This document shows positions 1-7,606 of a stretch of DNA of 64,000 nt, piece after piece. Positions within the stretch are counted from its first letter, which is position 1, and each line of letters opens with the position of its first letter. The notes below the pieces were generated by a model. It was given only the letters and a program-made list of their open reading frames with translations. It ran no database searches and was not told where the DNA came from. The DNA is from Lachnospiraceae bacterium (GTDB lineage: Bacteria > Bacillota > Clostridia > Lachnospirales > Lachnospiraceae): positions 107,440 through 171,439 of the forward strand of contig JAFQVJ010000068.1 in NCBI GenBank assembly GCA_017408025.1, read 5' to 3'. Both the position numbers and the translations under genes were made by a program.

Positions 1-145
1 CAACTTGTGTGTCTTGTTCATCTGCACTTGTCTCCACAGATGTTGTTTCATTCGTTTCTTTGCCTTCCTCACTACTGCAACCTATTAAGCTGAATACGCT
101 TATTAATATGAGTAAGCCTGCCTTGATTAGTTGTTTTATGAACAT
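1..145 (-). CDS. Lipoprotein, N-terminal part (runs off left edge)
   Basis: Reverse complement reads AAGGAGGAAAAAAGGA-ATG, then MFIKQLIKAGLLILISVFSLIGCSSEEGKE.... This is a signal peptide with an L-I-G-C lipobox. Not in the ORF track because it is cut by the window edge. Confidence 0.45.
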   Translation of the reverse strand, partial: MFIKQLIKAGLLILISVFSLIGCSSEEGKETNETTSVETSADEQDTQV

Positions 146-326
146 TCCTTTTTTCCTCCTTGTGTTCAGTATGCTTTTGCATATTTTTTTATAAGTAATT
201 TCCTTGTAGGAAAGAACTTTCTTCTCTTTAGCAACACCTCTTACCTAAGAGTATATCATTTTTCCCTAAGTTGTAGTTCTACACTCCCTCCTTATCCCAA
301 GTCAACCTTTCCATCGTCTTACATAC

Positions 327-361
327 AAAAAAGACCACAACAGACTGGGTCTGTTGCAGCC
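327..361 (-). terminator. Intrinsic terminator / expression platform of the c-di-GMP riboswitch
   Basis: Minus strand GGCUGCAACAGAC-CCA-GUCUGUUGUGGUC (13-bp stem including G-U pairs) followed by UUUUUU. It starts immediately after the aptamer 3' end. Confidence 0.6.
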
Positions 362-458
362 GAACCATCATAATACTATAACCTTTCCCCTGTTATAATC
401 CCTTAGACTTCGTGCTTTGCGTCTCTATGTTTCCATAGGTTTGCCCCGTGAAGTTCAT
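362..458 (-). promoter_or_regulatory. c-di-GMP-I (GEMM-I) riboswitch aptamer
   Basis: Minus strand: CACGGGGCAAACC-UAUG-GAAA-CAUA-GAGACGCAAAGCACGAAGUCUAAGGG-AUUAUAAC...GUUAUAGU...UUCG. It contains the GGCAAACC and ACGCAAAGC cores, a GAAA-tetraloop hairpin and a second hairpin with a UCUAAG receptor-like bulge. Preceded by an extended -10 (TGTTACAAT). Confidence 0.72.
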
Positions 459-568
459 TGTAACACACATTTCGACATAAATAAAGTAGAAAAATTGTTT
501 TTTGATAGAGCGAATTGTTTTAAATTCCTCTTGATTCTTCTACGTCAAATCAGTAATTTAATCTAGCA

Positions 569-1237
569 TCAACTAGTTATACTTTCCAGATATCTGTATA
601 GTGTATTAATATTTTCTATCCAAACACCCTCTTCAATATCTTCACGTGTCTCTCGGTCAACCATATCATATGTTATTCCCGTTTCAACAAAAACAGTTTC
701 CTTGTCCTTTTTATAAACGACAACTTTATCTTCATTAAAGCCTATATAGTAATTATATCTTTCCGATTCTCCATTTGGATATATAATAACTGCCCCCTGA
801 CGAACATTTTTTCTTATTACAACTCTGTCCTCTGCAAAAGATACCAGCATAATATTGATTAGCTCCTCCTCATCATTGACAAAAAAATCTCCATTGTCTT
901 CCAGATATTGTATAACCTTTTCACGATCAAATCCTATAAGCTCTATTGGTAAATTAAGCTCATTTGTCTCTATTTCAAATTCATTCTCCTCAAAGCAGGT
1001 CTCTAAAACCATCTTCGCATCTTCTTTAAGAACAATATTTGATGATGAAACATCCTTTGTGCTATCTTGTCCCAATGTAATCTCCTCTGAAATATACGGC
1101 ATATCACTTGACACCTCATCTTTCAGACGAACATTGCTATTATCATCACCCTTTCCGTATCTATATCCTATAACATATGCTACTGCAAACCCCAATACAA
1201 CACAAAAAATGCAGATATACTTCTCTGTTTTTTTCAT
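569..1237 (-). CDS. Hypothetical N-terminally membrane-anchored protein (C-terminal region reminiscent of BofC-type domains)
   Basis: 222-aa ORF with an N-terminal TM helix (ICIFCVVLGFAVAYVIGY) and an acidic extracytoplasmic region. No firm family assignment. Confidence 0.5.
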   Translation of the reverse strand: MKKTEKYICIFCVVLGFAVAYVIGYRYGKGDDNSNVRLKDEVSSDMPYISEEITLGQDSTKDVSSSNIVLKEDAKMVLETCFEENEFEIETNELNLPIELIGFDREKVIQYLEDNGDFFVNDEEELINIMLVSFAEDRVVIRKNVRQGAVIIYPNGESERYNYYIGFNEDKVVVYKKDKETVFVETGITYDMVDRETREDIEEGVWIENINTLYRYLESITS

Positions 1238-1336
1238 ACTATCACCTCTTATAGCTTTATAAACAAAGTATCTGCACTTTTTTTACGTTTATACACTCTA
1301 TTTAATTTTGTTCTTTAATTTTATTATCTTAGGTCA

Positions 1337-2962
1337 TTACAACAAATGCATTTTTTTCAATAACAACACTAAAGATGCCCCCTTCGGAAGCATTCTTATC
1401 TCATCTTCTCCAACTCCCTTTATGAGAAGCAAAACAACGGCGTATACTGGCACTGCCACGCATATAGCCAATATACATGATATAGCATTGCTGCCTGTAA
1501 GCTTAAACAGTAAGAAATTCACACCATACGCCAACAATCCCATAACTGCTGATGCTGCCAATGGCAGTAAAAATGTCTTAAGAAGCTCCTGCCTGTAACC
1601 TATATATTTGCGAAGTGCCACTGAATTAAGTATACATACAATAAGCCCAAATAACACATCCGCAAGCACTACTGTGTATAAATTAGGTTTAAATACAATA
1701 AGAGCTACTGCAAGCACTACATAATGTATAACCATGGATATTGCTGCATTTGCAACTGGTGTTTTCATCCTTCCAATTCCCTGTAGCACTGCGTTCGTGA
1801 TTGTCGACATAGAAAATACTATAACCGTAATTATAGCAAATCTCATTATACCAGTTGCCTCGTCAATTCTATCAAGGTTAAACAGCAAATCTATCACTGG
1901 TCTTGCAAGGACAGACAAGCCTACCCCTGCTGGAATAGCAACAATCATTGTCAATCTCATAGACGATTCTATCTTATTAAACATCGCTCGTTTATTTCTC
2001 TCTTCAACAGATCTGATAATGCTAGGTATAATTGCTGATGACAATGCTGATGCAATAGCTATAGGAGCTGTTGTCAACAGCTTAAATGTACCTGAATACA
2101 CACCATACATAGCTGAATACTGTGACTCTGTCATGTCAAACATACGCTCACATATATTTCCAAACACAGCTGCATCTAAAATGCTGCTTAGATTATAAAC
2201 AGTTGTACTTAACAGCACTGGAATAATCGTATATATAAGCTCTTTACCAAGACTGTCATAGCCTTCAGGCTCTACACCTTTATTTCTCCTTATCTGTCTC
2301 TTCAGCACTGGCAAATATACAATAAAAACAAATGACATAAATATCAATGCAACTGCCGCTCCTGCAAGTGTACCCAGTGTTGAACCAGCTGCTCCAAGAG
2401 CCGCTGATTCACCTGCCGCCTTTCCAGCATTAAACAGATACATAGCACCTACTATACTTACTACTGCATTAGCTACCTGCTCAAGTATCTGAGATATAGC
2501 AGTTGGTATCATAGTGCCCATGCCCTGGAAAAATCCTCTAAGCACACCTAACACCGACATAATAAAAAGTACTGGTGCCAACACCTTTATGGCATAGGCA
2601 GCCGATGGATATCTACAAAGATTTGCAAATCCTTCTGCTCCAAAGAACATAATACAAAATACCATTAAACCTATGACAGTACCTATAGCCAACGCTCCAC
2701 TAAATGCTCTATATGCATTTTTTATTTCTCCCTTTGCCACCTTTGCTGACACAATTTTAGATACAGCAATTGGCATACTCATAGAAGAAATAAGTAAAAA
2801 GAGGGAGTAAACATCATATGCCGCTCCATAATATGTTATACCTTCTTCACCTAAAATATTGTTTACAGGCACTCTGTATACAATACCTATCACTCTGACG
2901 AGTATTCCTGCTATAGCAAGGATACTTCCCTGTATAAGGAAATTTGTCTTATTCTTACTCAT
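1337..2962 (-). CDS. MOP-superfamily polysaccharide/lipid II flippase, SpoVB/MurJ-like
   Basis: 541-aa polytopic membrane protein. The N-terminus (FLIQGSILAIAGILVRVIGIVYRVPVNNILGEEG...YGAAYDVYS) is typical of SpoVB/MurJ-type proteins. Confidence 0.82.
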   Translation of the reverse strand: MSKNKTNFLIQGSILAIAGILVRVIGIVYRVPVNNILGEEGITYYGAAYDVYSLFLLISSMSMPIAVSKIVSAKVAKGEIKNAYRAFSGALAIGTVIGLMVFCIMFFGAEGFANLCRYPSAAYAIKVLAPVLFIMSVLGVLRGFFQGMGTMIPTAISQILEQVANAVVSIVGAMYLFNAGKAAGESAALGAAGSTLGTLAGAAVALIFMSFVFIVYLPVLKRQIRRNKGVEPEGYDSLGKELIYTIIPVLLSTTVYNLSSILDAAVFGNICERMFDMTESQYSAMYGVYSGTFKLLTTAPIAIASALSSAIIPSIIRSVEERNKRAMFNKIESSMRLTMIVAIPAGVGLSVLARPVIDLLFNLDRIDEATGIMRFAIITVIVFSMSTITNAVLQGIGRMKTPVANAAISMVIHYVVLAVALIVFKPNLYTVVLADVLFGLIVCILNSVALRKYIGYRQELLKTFLLPLAASAVMGLLAYGVNFLLFKLTGSNAISCILAICVAVPVYAVVLLLIKGVGEDEIRMLPKGASLVLLLKKMHLL

Positions 2963-2995
2963 AATTTAAGATATACCCTTTCTTTACGTTCACAA

Positions 2996-3517
2996 CTAGT
3001 CAGCTATATGACGTGTAATCCCAAGTCTATCAAGAATCTCACCCTGCATTCTCTCCATCTCCACACGTTCATCTTCTTCCATATGGTCATAACCAAACAA
3101 ATGAAGCATACTGTGTGCTATAAGAAAGCCCAATTCGCGTTTGCAGGAATGACAATACTCCTCGGCCTGAGCATATACCTTTTCTGAAGATACTACAATG
3201 TCACCAAGCATCAACTCACCTGTATCCGGCTCAAAATAATCATATGCGAAATCGTTTTCTGTATCCTCCAAAAAGCTAAAATCTCCAGGTGTCTCGTAAT
3301 CAATCAGTGGGAAAGACAATACATCTGTTGCCTTATCCATATCCCTCTGGTCTCTATTGATAGCTCTAATACGCTCATTGTCAGTTATAGTCACTTCTAC
3401 ATTCACTTCAAATGGACAATCAACGTAAGCAACCGCCTCTTCTATAACATCTCTTATAACCTTTTCATAGTCAAATTTAAATTCAGCACTATTTTCATTT
3501 TCAATAAATACCGTCAT
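2996..3517 (-). CDS. ybeY: Endoribonuclease YbeY (rRNA maturation factor)
   Basis: Zinc-binding motif HSMLHLFGYDH. Sits in the conserved phoH-pgpH-ybeY context. Confidence 0.92.
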   Translation of the reverse strand: MTVFIENENSAEFKFDYEKVIRDVIEEAVAYVDCPFEVNVEVTITDNERIRAINRDQRDMDKATDVLSFPLIDYETPGDFSFLEDTENDFAYDYFEPDTGELMLGDIVVSSEKVYAQAEEYCHSCKRELGFLIAHSMLHLFGYDHMEEDERVEMERMQGEILDRLGITRHIAD

Positions 3518-3519
3518 GT

Positions 3520-4707
3520 CTATTGTTGCTCCTTTATCTTTACCAATACCTCTTTAATCTTATCAAATTCCTCAATGGTAAGACCTGATTTATGTAATGC
3601 ACCAGAGCTAACTCGCTTATTCAATGCATTTTCAATGATAACCTTTTCACTCATGTCCTTTTTATCCATTGTACCTTTAAGGTATTCCACTGCTGATATA
3701 GCTGTATCGCACATCATTACAATGGCAGCCTCTCTGCTTCTTGGCAATCTGGACTTAACATTATGTTCTACCATAATTGCTTTTACACTCTTTGGTATAC
3801 CATATTTTTCTGCTAATGCAAGTCCTTCTTTTATATATTCATTGCCAGCAACTTTACCTAAATCATGATAGATTCCGCCTGCATATGCCAATTCTTCATC
3901 TGCGCCTATTCTTCTAGCTGCCAGTCTTGCAAGCTCCGCAACCTCAGTTGAATGATAATATAGGGATGTTGATTTATTCTTTATAAGTCGAATCGCAACA
4001 AAATTATCATCTGATATTTTCTTGAGATATATTGCAGGTGTCTTCATCTTAAGCACCCAATTTATAAGTATGCCCAGTACGTTAGCAACTACCATAGTCA
4101 ATATTCCTACAACCATCATAGATACTACAAATCCTACTGTTTCGTATTCCATGCCTATTCCATCACAATAATACTTAAATGCAAGTACACTTACAAGCTC
4201 TGTACTTACAAAAAACAATATTCCTGCCATATTTTTATATATTTCTTTGTGTTTCCAAATAGCAAAGCAGGCGGATGCACAAATAACAGGAATCACTATT
4301 CCAAAAATGTACATTGGATACTCATCAAAATTGACAAGCATAACACAGGAAACAGATATACTTGTTATAAAACCTGCTTTCAAATCATATACAGCCGCCA
4401 TAACCATCGGTATTAACATAAATGGCATATATTTAATTGGCAGCAGAACACATATTATGGTTCCAATCAGTACAAAATGGTACATAGACATCATTGCCAA
4501 CAGTTTCTTTTCAGTAACAACAAGATATATCAATGTTGCCATAAATGATATGGCTATAAATGTAGTTATGGCAACTCTCTCGTTATCCCAGATCTCCTCT
4601 TCATATATTTTTGAAATATAATAAGATAAAAAGATTGTCAGTGCTGTCATATATATAACAGCTCCCACCTTTAATCCAATATCCTTAAACGCCTTTTCTT
4701 CTTTCAT
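3520..4707 (-). CDS. 7TM-HD membrane phosphohydrolase (PgpH/YqfF-like, short form)
   Basis: About 7 TM helices followed by an HD domain (GGIYHDLGK). Occupies the yqfF position between phoH and ybeY. Only 395 aa, with no large N-terminal extracellular domain. Confidence 0.78.
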   Translation of the reverse strand: MKEEKAFKDIGLKVGAVIYMTALTIFLSYYISKIYEEEIWDNERVAITTFIAISFMATLIYLVVTEKKLLAMMSMYHFVLIGTIICVLLPIKYMPFMLIPMVMAAVYDLKAGFITSISVSCVMLVNFDEYPMYIFGIVIPVICASACFAIWKHKEIYKNMAGILFFVSTELVSVLAFKYYCDGIGMEYETVGFVVSMMVVGILTMVVANVLGILINWVLKMKTPAIYLKKISDDNFVAIRLIKNKSTSLYYHSTEVAELARLAARRIGADEELAYAGGIYHDLGKVAGNEYIKEGLALAEKYGIPKSVKAIMVEHNVKSRLPRSREAAIVMMCDTAISAVEYLKGTMDKKDMSEKVIIENALNKRVSSGALHKSGLTIEEFDKIKEVLVKIKEQQ

Positions 4708-5701
4708 TTTTTACATCCCTTCCATCTCTAGTATTTTTTAATGTATGCTTGTACTCATAATCCTCATAAGCTTTTACAATCTGTTGAACAAGTGGATGTC
4801 TTACCACATCTCTGTTTGTAAGTGTTGAAATGCCTATATCTTCAATATCTTCCAATATCTTTACGGCAGTTTCAAGACCTGACACCACACCCTTTGGCAA
4901 ATCCTTCTGTGTCAAATCACCAGTTATAACTATCTTTGAACCAAAACCTATTCTTGTAAGGAACATCTTCATCTGCGCTGGTGTAGTATTCTGAGCTTCA
5001 TCGAGAATGATAAATGCATTATCAAGTGTTCTTCCTCTCATATACGCCAATGGAGCCACCTCAATTAACCCCTTTTCAGAATTATGCAAAAAGCTATCAG
5101 CACCCATGATTTGATACAACGCATCATAAAGTGGTCTAAGATAAGGATCAACCTTACTCTGCAAATCACCAGGAAGAAAGCCAAGATTCTCACCTGCTTC
5201 TATAGCTGGTCTTGTCAATATAATTCTATTAACTTCATTATTTTTGAAAGCTTCTATGGCCATAGCCATAGCAAGATATGTTTTTCCAGTACCAGCAGGT
5301 CCTATTCCAAACACAATAGTATTTTTCTTTATGCTGTCAATGTATTCCTTCTGACCAAGAGTCTTTGGTTTTATAGGCTTACCACTTATGGTTCTGGTAA
5401 CAATCTCATTGTCAATGTCAATCATCACATTGGTTTTGTCTTCATATGTCAATGACAATGCATAATCTACATTCTGCTCTGTTATGACATTCCCTCTCTT
5501 TGAAAGCTCTAAGAGGTTTGTTAAAACCGATTCGCAGCGCTTTACATCTGTAGGACCTCCTACAATCTTCACTTTACCATCTCTATAAATTATCGATACA
5601 TGAAGGGTCTTTTCTATCTTTTTAGCAAACTGATCCATACTGCCAAATACATTGGCTCCATGTTCAGCCGGCATATCTGTAATATTTCCTATTTCACTCA
5701 T
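4685..5701 (-). CDS. phoH: PhoH-family ATPase (PhoH/YbeZ)
   Basis: Walker A GPAGTGKTYLAMA and a PhoH-like C-terminus. Start moved to the ATG at 5701, which is preceded by GGAGGTACAT. The track start is a TTG that lies inside that RBS. Confidence 0.9.
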   Translation of the reverse strand: MSEIGNITDMPAEHGANVFGSMDQFAKKIEKTLHVSIIYRDGKVKIVGGPTDVKRCESVLTNLLELSKRGNVITEQNVDYALSLTYEDKTNVMIDIDNEIVTRTISGKPIKPKTLGQKEYIDSIKKNTIVFGIGPAGTGKTYLAMAMAIEAFKNNEVNRIILTRPAIEAGENLGFLPGDLQSKVDPYLRPLYDALYQIMGADSFLHNSEKGLIEVAPLAYMRGRTLDNAFIILDEAQNTTPAQMKMFLTRIGFGSKIVITGDLTQKDLPKGVVSGLETAVKILEDIEDIGISTLTNRDVVRHPLVQQIVKAYEDYEYKHTLKNTRDGRDVKNERRKGV

Positions 5702-6905
5702 ATGTACCTCCAAAACTACCTATATATTCAAGAACAGTTATCTGTCCAGATATTTTACAATACTCACCACCGTTCTCTATTTTAACACTATTATCAAGTA
5801 TTTGAATAGTATTTTTCTCTAATTTTTTTAAAATATACTCAATTTTCTCATTTGCCAATTTTTCCAATTCCTCATCCGTATATTTTTCTTGCTTAACTTC
5901 ATACTCCTTATATACCGTTTCACCAATATATACCGGTAAATAAAAATCATCTCCCAGCTTTATTCTTTCTCCCGTTGTAATGGTGTCGTACAGCTTATAT
6001 TTCTTCACTTCCCAAGGCAACACAAGCTCACATTGCCTAGAATCATATCCTATATTTTTCACTATATATTCATTTCCCGTATAACATTTATGTTCATACT
6101 CTCTTGCTATCGTTTCATTTATGTCATATATAACCTTTCCTACAATGTCCCCATCTGCCTTTACAAAGTGCTCAGCTATAACCGACAAATCGTCTCCATA
6201 CAAGGTATATTTTCCATCTATAAGCTTATCTCCCACCTTTACTAATTCTCCCTCCTTAACCAAGGGTGTTCCACTCCTTGTCACTATGGACATAACCGTT
6301 GCATTTCTCGTCGATATAATATCTCCTGGTTGCTCTTCATCATCTTCCAGCTCATTATCAAGCTTATAATTACTATTTTCTCTGACATGTATGCGCAGCA
6401 TTGTACCTGACACTTCCACAGATGCCCATGTAATATCAAAAAACTCATTCCTTATGGCCTTTTCTATTTCCTCTGGTTCTATACTAGATTGCTTAATGCC
6501 TTCCTTTATGCCAAGTCTCTCTACAAATTTCGTCAACTCATCATCTGTATGGGCTCTATTTCCCTCAAAGCTGATATTCCATACATATAATGACATGACA
6601 TAAACAATAACCCATCCGGTTAGCAATCCCATGAATAACATTTTTCTTTTTCTATTACAAAACAAAAAGAAAGGTAATCCGTACCTTTCTCTTATGCGTA
6701 TCTTCATTTTTGTTTTCTTTGTAATGCTTTTAAGCCTATAAACATCTTTTACACTTACATAAAAACTAGAGCTATCATCCACCTTTCGAATATCCCATAT
6801 ATGTATTCCTCTGGCATTTGCAAGATTAAAAAAACGTTCTGGAGTGTTTCCCTTCAATTCAACACAGACATATCCCTTAAATTTATTGATAAGCAATTCT
6901 ATCAT
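5694..6905 (-). CDS. yqfD: Sporulation protein YqfD
   Basis: About 400-aa protein with one central TM helix, directly downstream of yqfC as in Bacillus and Clostridium. ATG at 6905 is preceded by GGGAG. Confidence 0.82.
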   Translation of the reverse strand: MIELLINKFKGYVCVELKGNTPERFFNLANARGIHIWDIRKVDDSSSFYVSVKDVYRLKSITKKTKMKIRIRERYGLPFFLFCNRKRKMLFMGLLTGWVIVYVMSLYVWNISFEGNRAHTDDELTKFVERLGIKEGIKQSSIEPEEIEKAIRNEFFDITWASVEVSGTMLRIHVRENSNYKLDNELEDDEEQPGDIISTRNATVMSIVTRSGTPLVKEGELVKVGDKLIDGKYTLYGDDLSVIAEHFVKADGDIVGKVIYDINETIAREYEHKCYTGNEYIVKNIGYDSRQCELVLPWEVKKYKLYDTITTGERIKLGDDFYLPVYIGETVYKEYEVKQEKYTDEELEKLANEKIEYILKKLEKNTIQILDNSVKIENGGEYCKISGQITVLEYIGSFGGTYE

Positions 6906-6923
6906 ATCTACTCCCAAAAGACT

Positions 6924-7178
6924 TTAATAAAATTTGACCTCCTGAAGATATCCCTTTATCTTCATATCATCTTTTGTAAAACACACAATTTTCAGATTTT
7001 TGCCACTTATGGATAGTCTGCTGTTTTTCCCTTGAAGTTTAATTATAGAATCACCATATTCTATAATGCTCCTATAATTTTCTATATAAGCTTCATATTG
7101 TCCTGTAAGTTTAACATTTAACGCTCCCAGACACAGGTCCTTCGGAAGTTCCAATGCATCGATGAATTTTCTCATCAA
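6924..7178 (-). CDS. yqfC: Sporulation protein YqfC (YabP family)
   Basis: 84-aa YabP/YqfC-like sequence (LPKDLCLGALNVKLTGQYEAYIENYRSIIEY) in the conserved yqfC-yqfD pair. Confidence 0.8.
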   Translation of the reverse strand: MMRKFIDALELPKDLCLGALNVKLTGQYEAYIENYRSIIEYGDSIIKLQGKNSRLSISGKNLKIVCFTKDDMKIKGYLQEVKFY

Positions 7179-7207
7179 TCCTTATCTCCCTATGGCATCT
7201 TTCATTA

Positions 7208-7215
7208 AATATATG
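7208..7215 (-). promoter_or_regulatory. Sigma-E-type -10 element (CATATATT) upstream of yqfC
   Basis: Minus-strand CATATATT lies 30 nt upstream of the yqfC ATG. It matches the sigma-E -10 consensus CATACAnT. The same octamer recurs upstream of spoIVA and spoIIM. The -35 is weak. Confidence 0.35.
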
Positions 7216-7250
7216 AATTTATCCATAAAATAATACCAAAATTAATGACG

Positions 7251-7279
7251 AAAAAAGGACTGACAAAACTGCCAGTCCC
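7251..7279 (-). terminator. Intrinsic terminator of rpsU
   Basis: Minus strand GGACUGGC-AGUUUU-GUCAGUCC followed by UUUUUU. Confidence 0.6.
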
Positions 7280-7317
7280 ATTCATCTTTTAGCCAATCTA
7301 CAATCAGTTAGAACAGA

Positions 7318-7494
7318 TTAGTTATACTTTCTCTTTCTAGCTGCCTCTGACTTCTTCTTACGCTTAACGCTTGGCTTTTCGTAATGCTCTCTCTTGCGAA
7401 TCTCCTGCTGAATTCCAGCCTTAGCGCAATTTCTTTTAAATCTACGTAAAGCACTATCTAAACTTTCGTTTTCTTTAACGATAACATTTGACAT
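7318..7494 (-). CDS. rpsU: 30S ribosomal protein S21
   Basis: [58 protein letters not shown]. Start is the internal ATG at 7494, preceded by GGAGGGGAGG. The track ORF is over-extended. Confidence 0.95.
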   Translation of the reverse strand: MSNVIVKENESLDSALRRFKRNCAKAGIQQEIRKREHYEKPSVKRKKKSEAARKRKYN

Positions 7495-7566
7495 TGTCTC
7501 ACCTAACCTCCCCTCCAGTTGCGTATTGTGCATAATACAACTGTAAGGTTTTATTGCACAAATGAT

Positions 7567-7594
7567 ATTATAACACATAATTTTCATTCGTCAA
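7567..7594 (-). promoter_or_regulatory. Sigma-A-type promoter for rpsU
   Basis: Minus strand TTGACG-N16-TATAAT, with TG two nt upstream of the -10 (extended -10). Confidence 0.45.
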
Positions 7595-7606
7595 TAACTT
7601 TTTTCT

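Noticed and set aside
146-326. Possible second regulatory RNA or small ORF between the riboswitch terminator and the lipoprotein start
   Set aside because: I saw no convincing conserved motif, hairpin-plus-U-tract or RBS-preceded ORF. It is treated as a 5' UTR.
7495-7587. N-terminal extension of the rpsU ORF (89-aa version)
   Set aside because: The S21 sequence begins at the internal MSNV, which has a strong GGAGG-type RBS. The extension overlaps the predicted promoter and has no homology.
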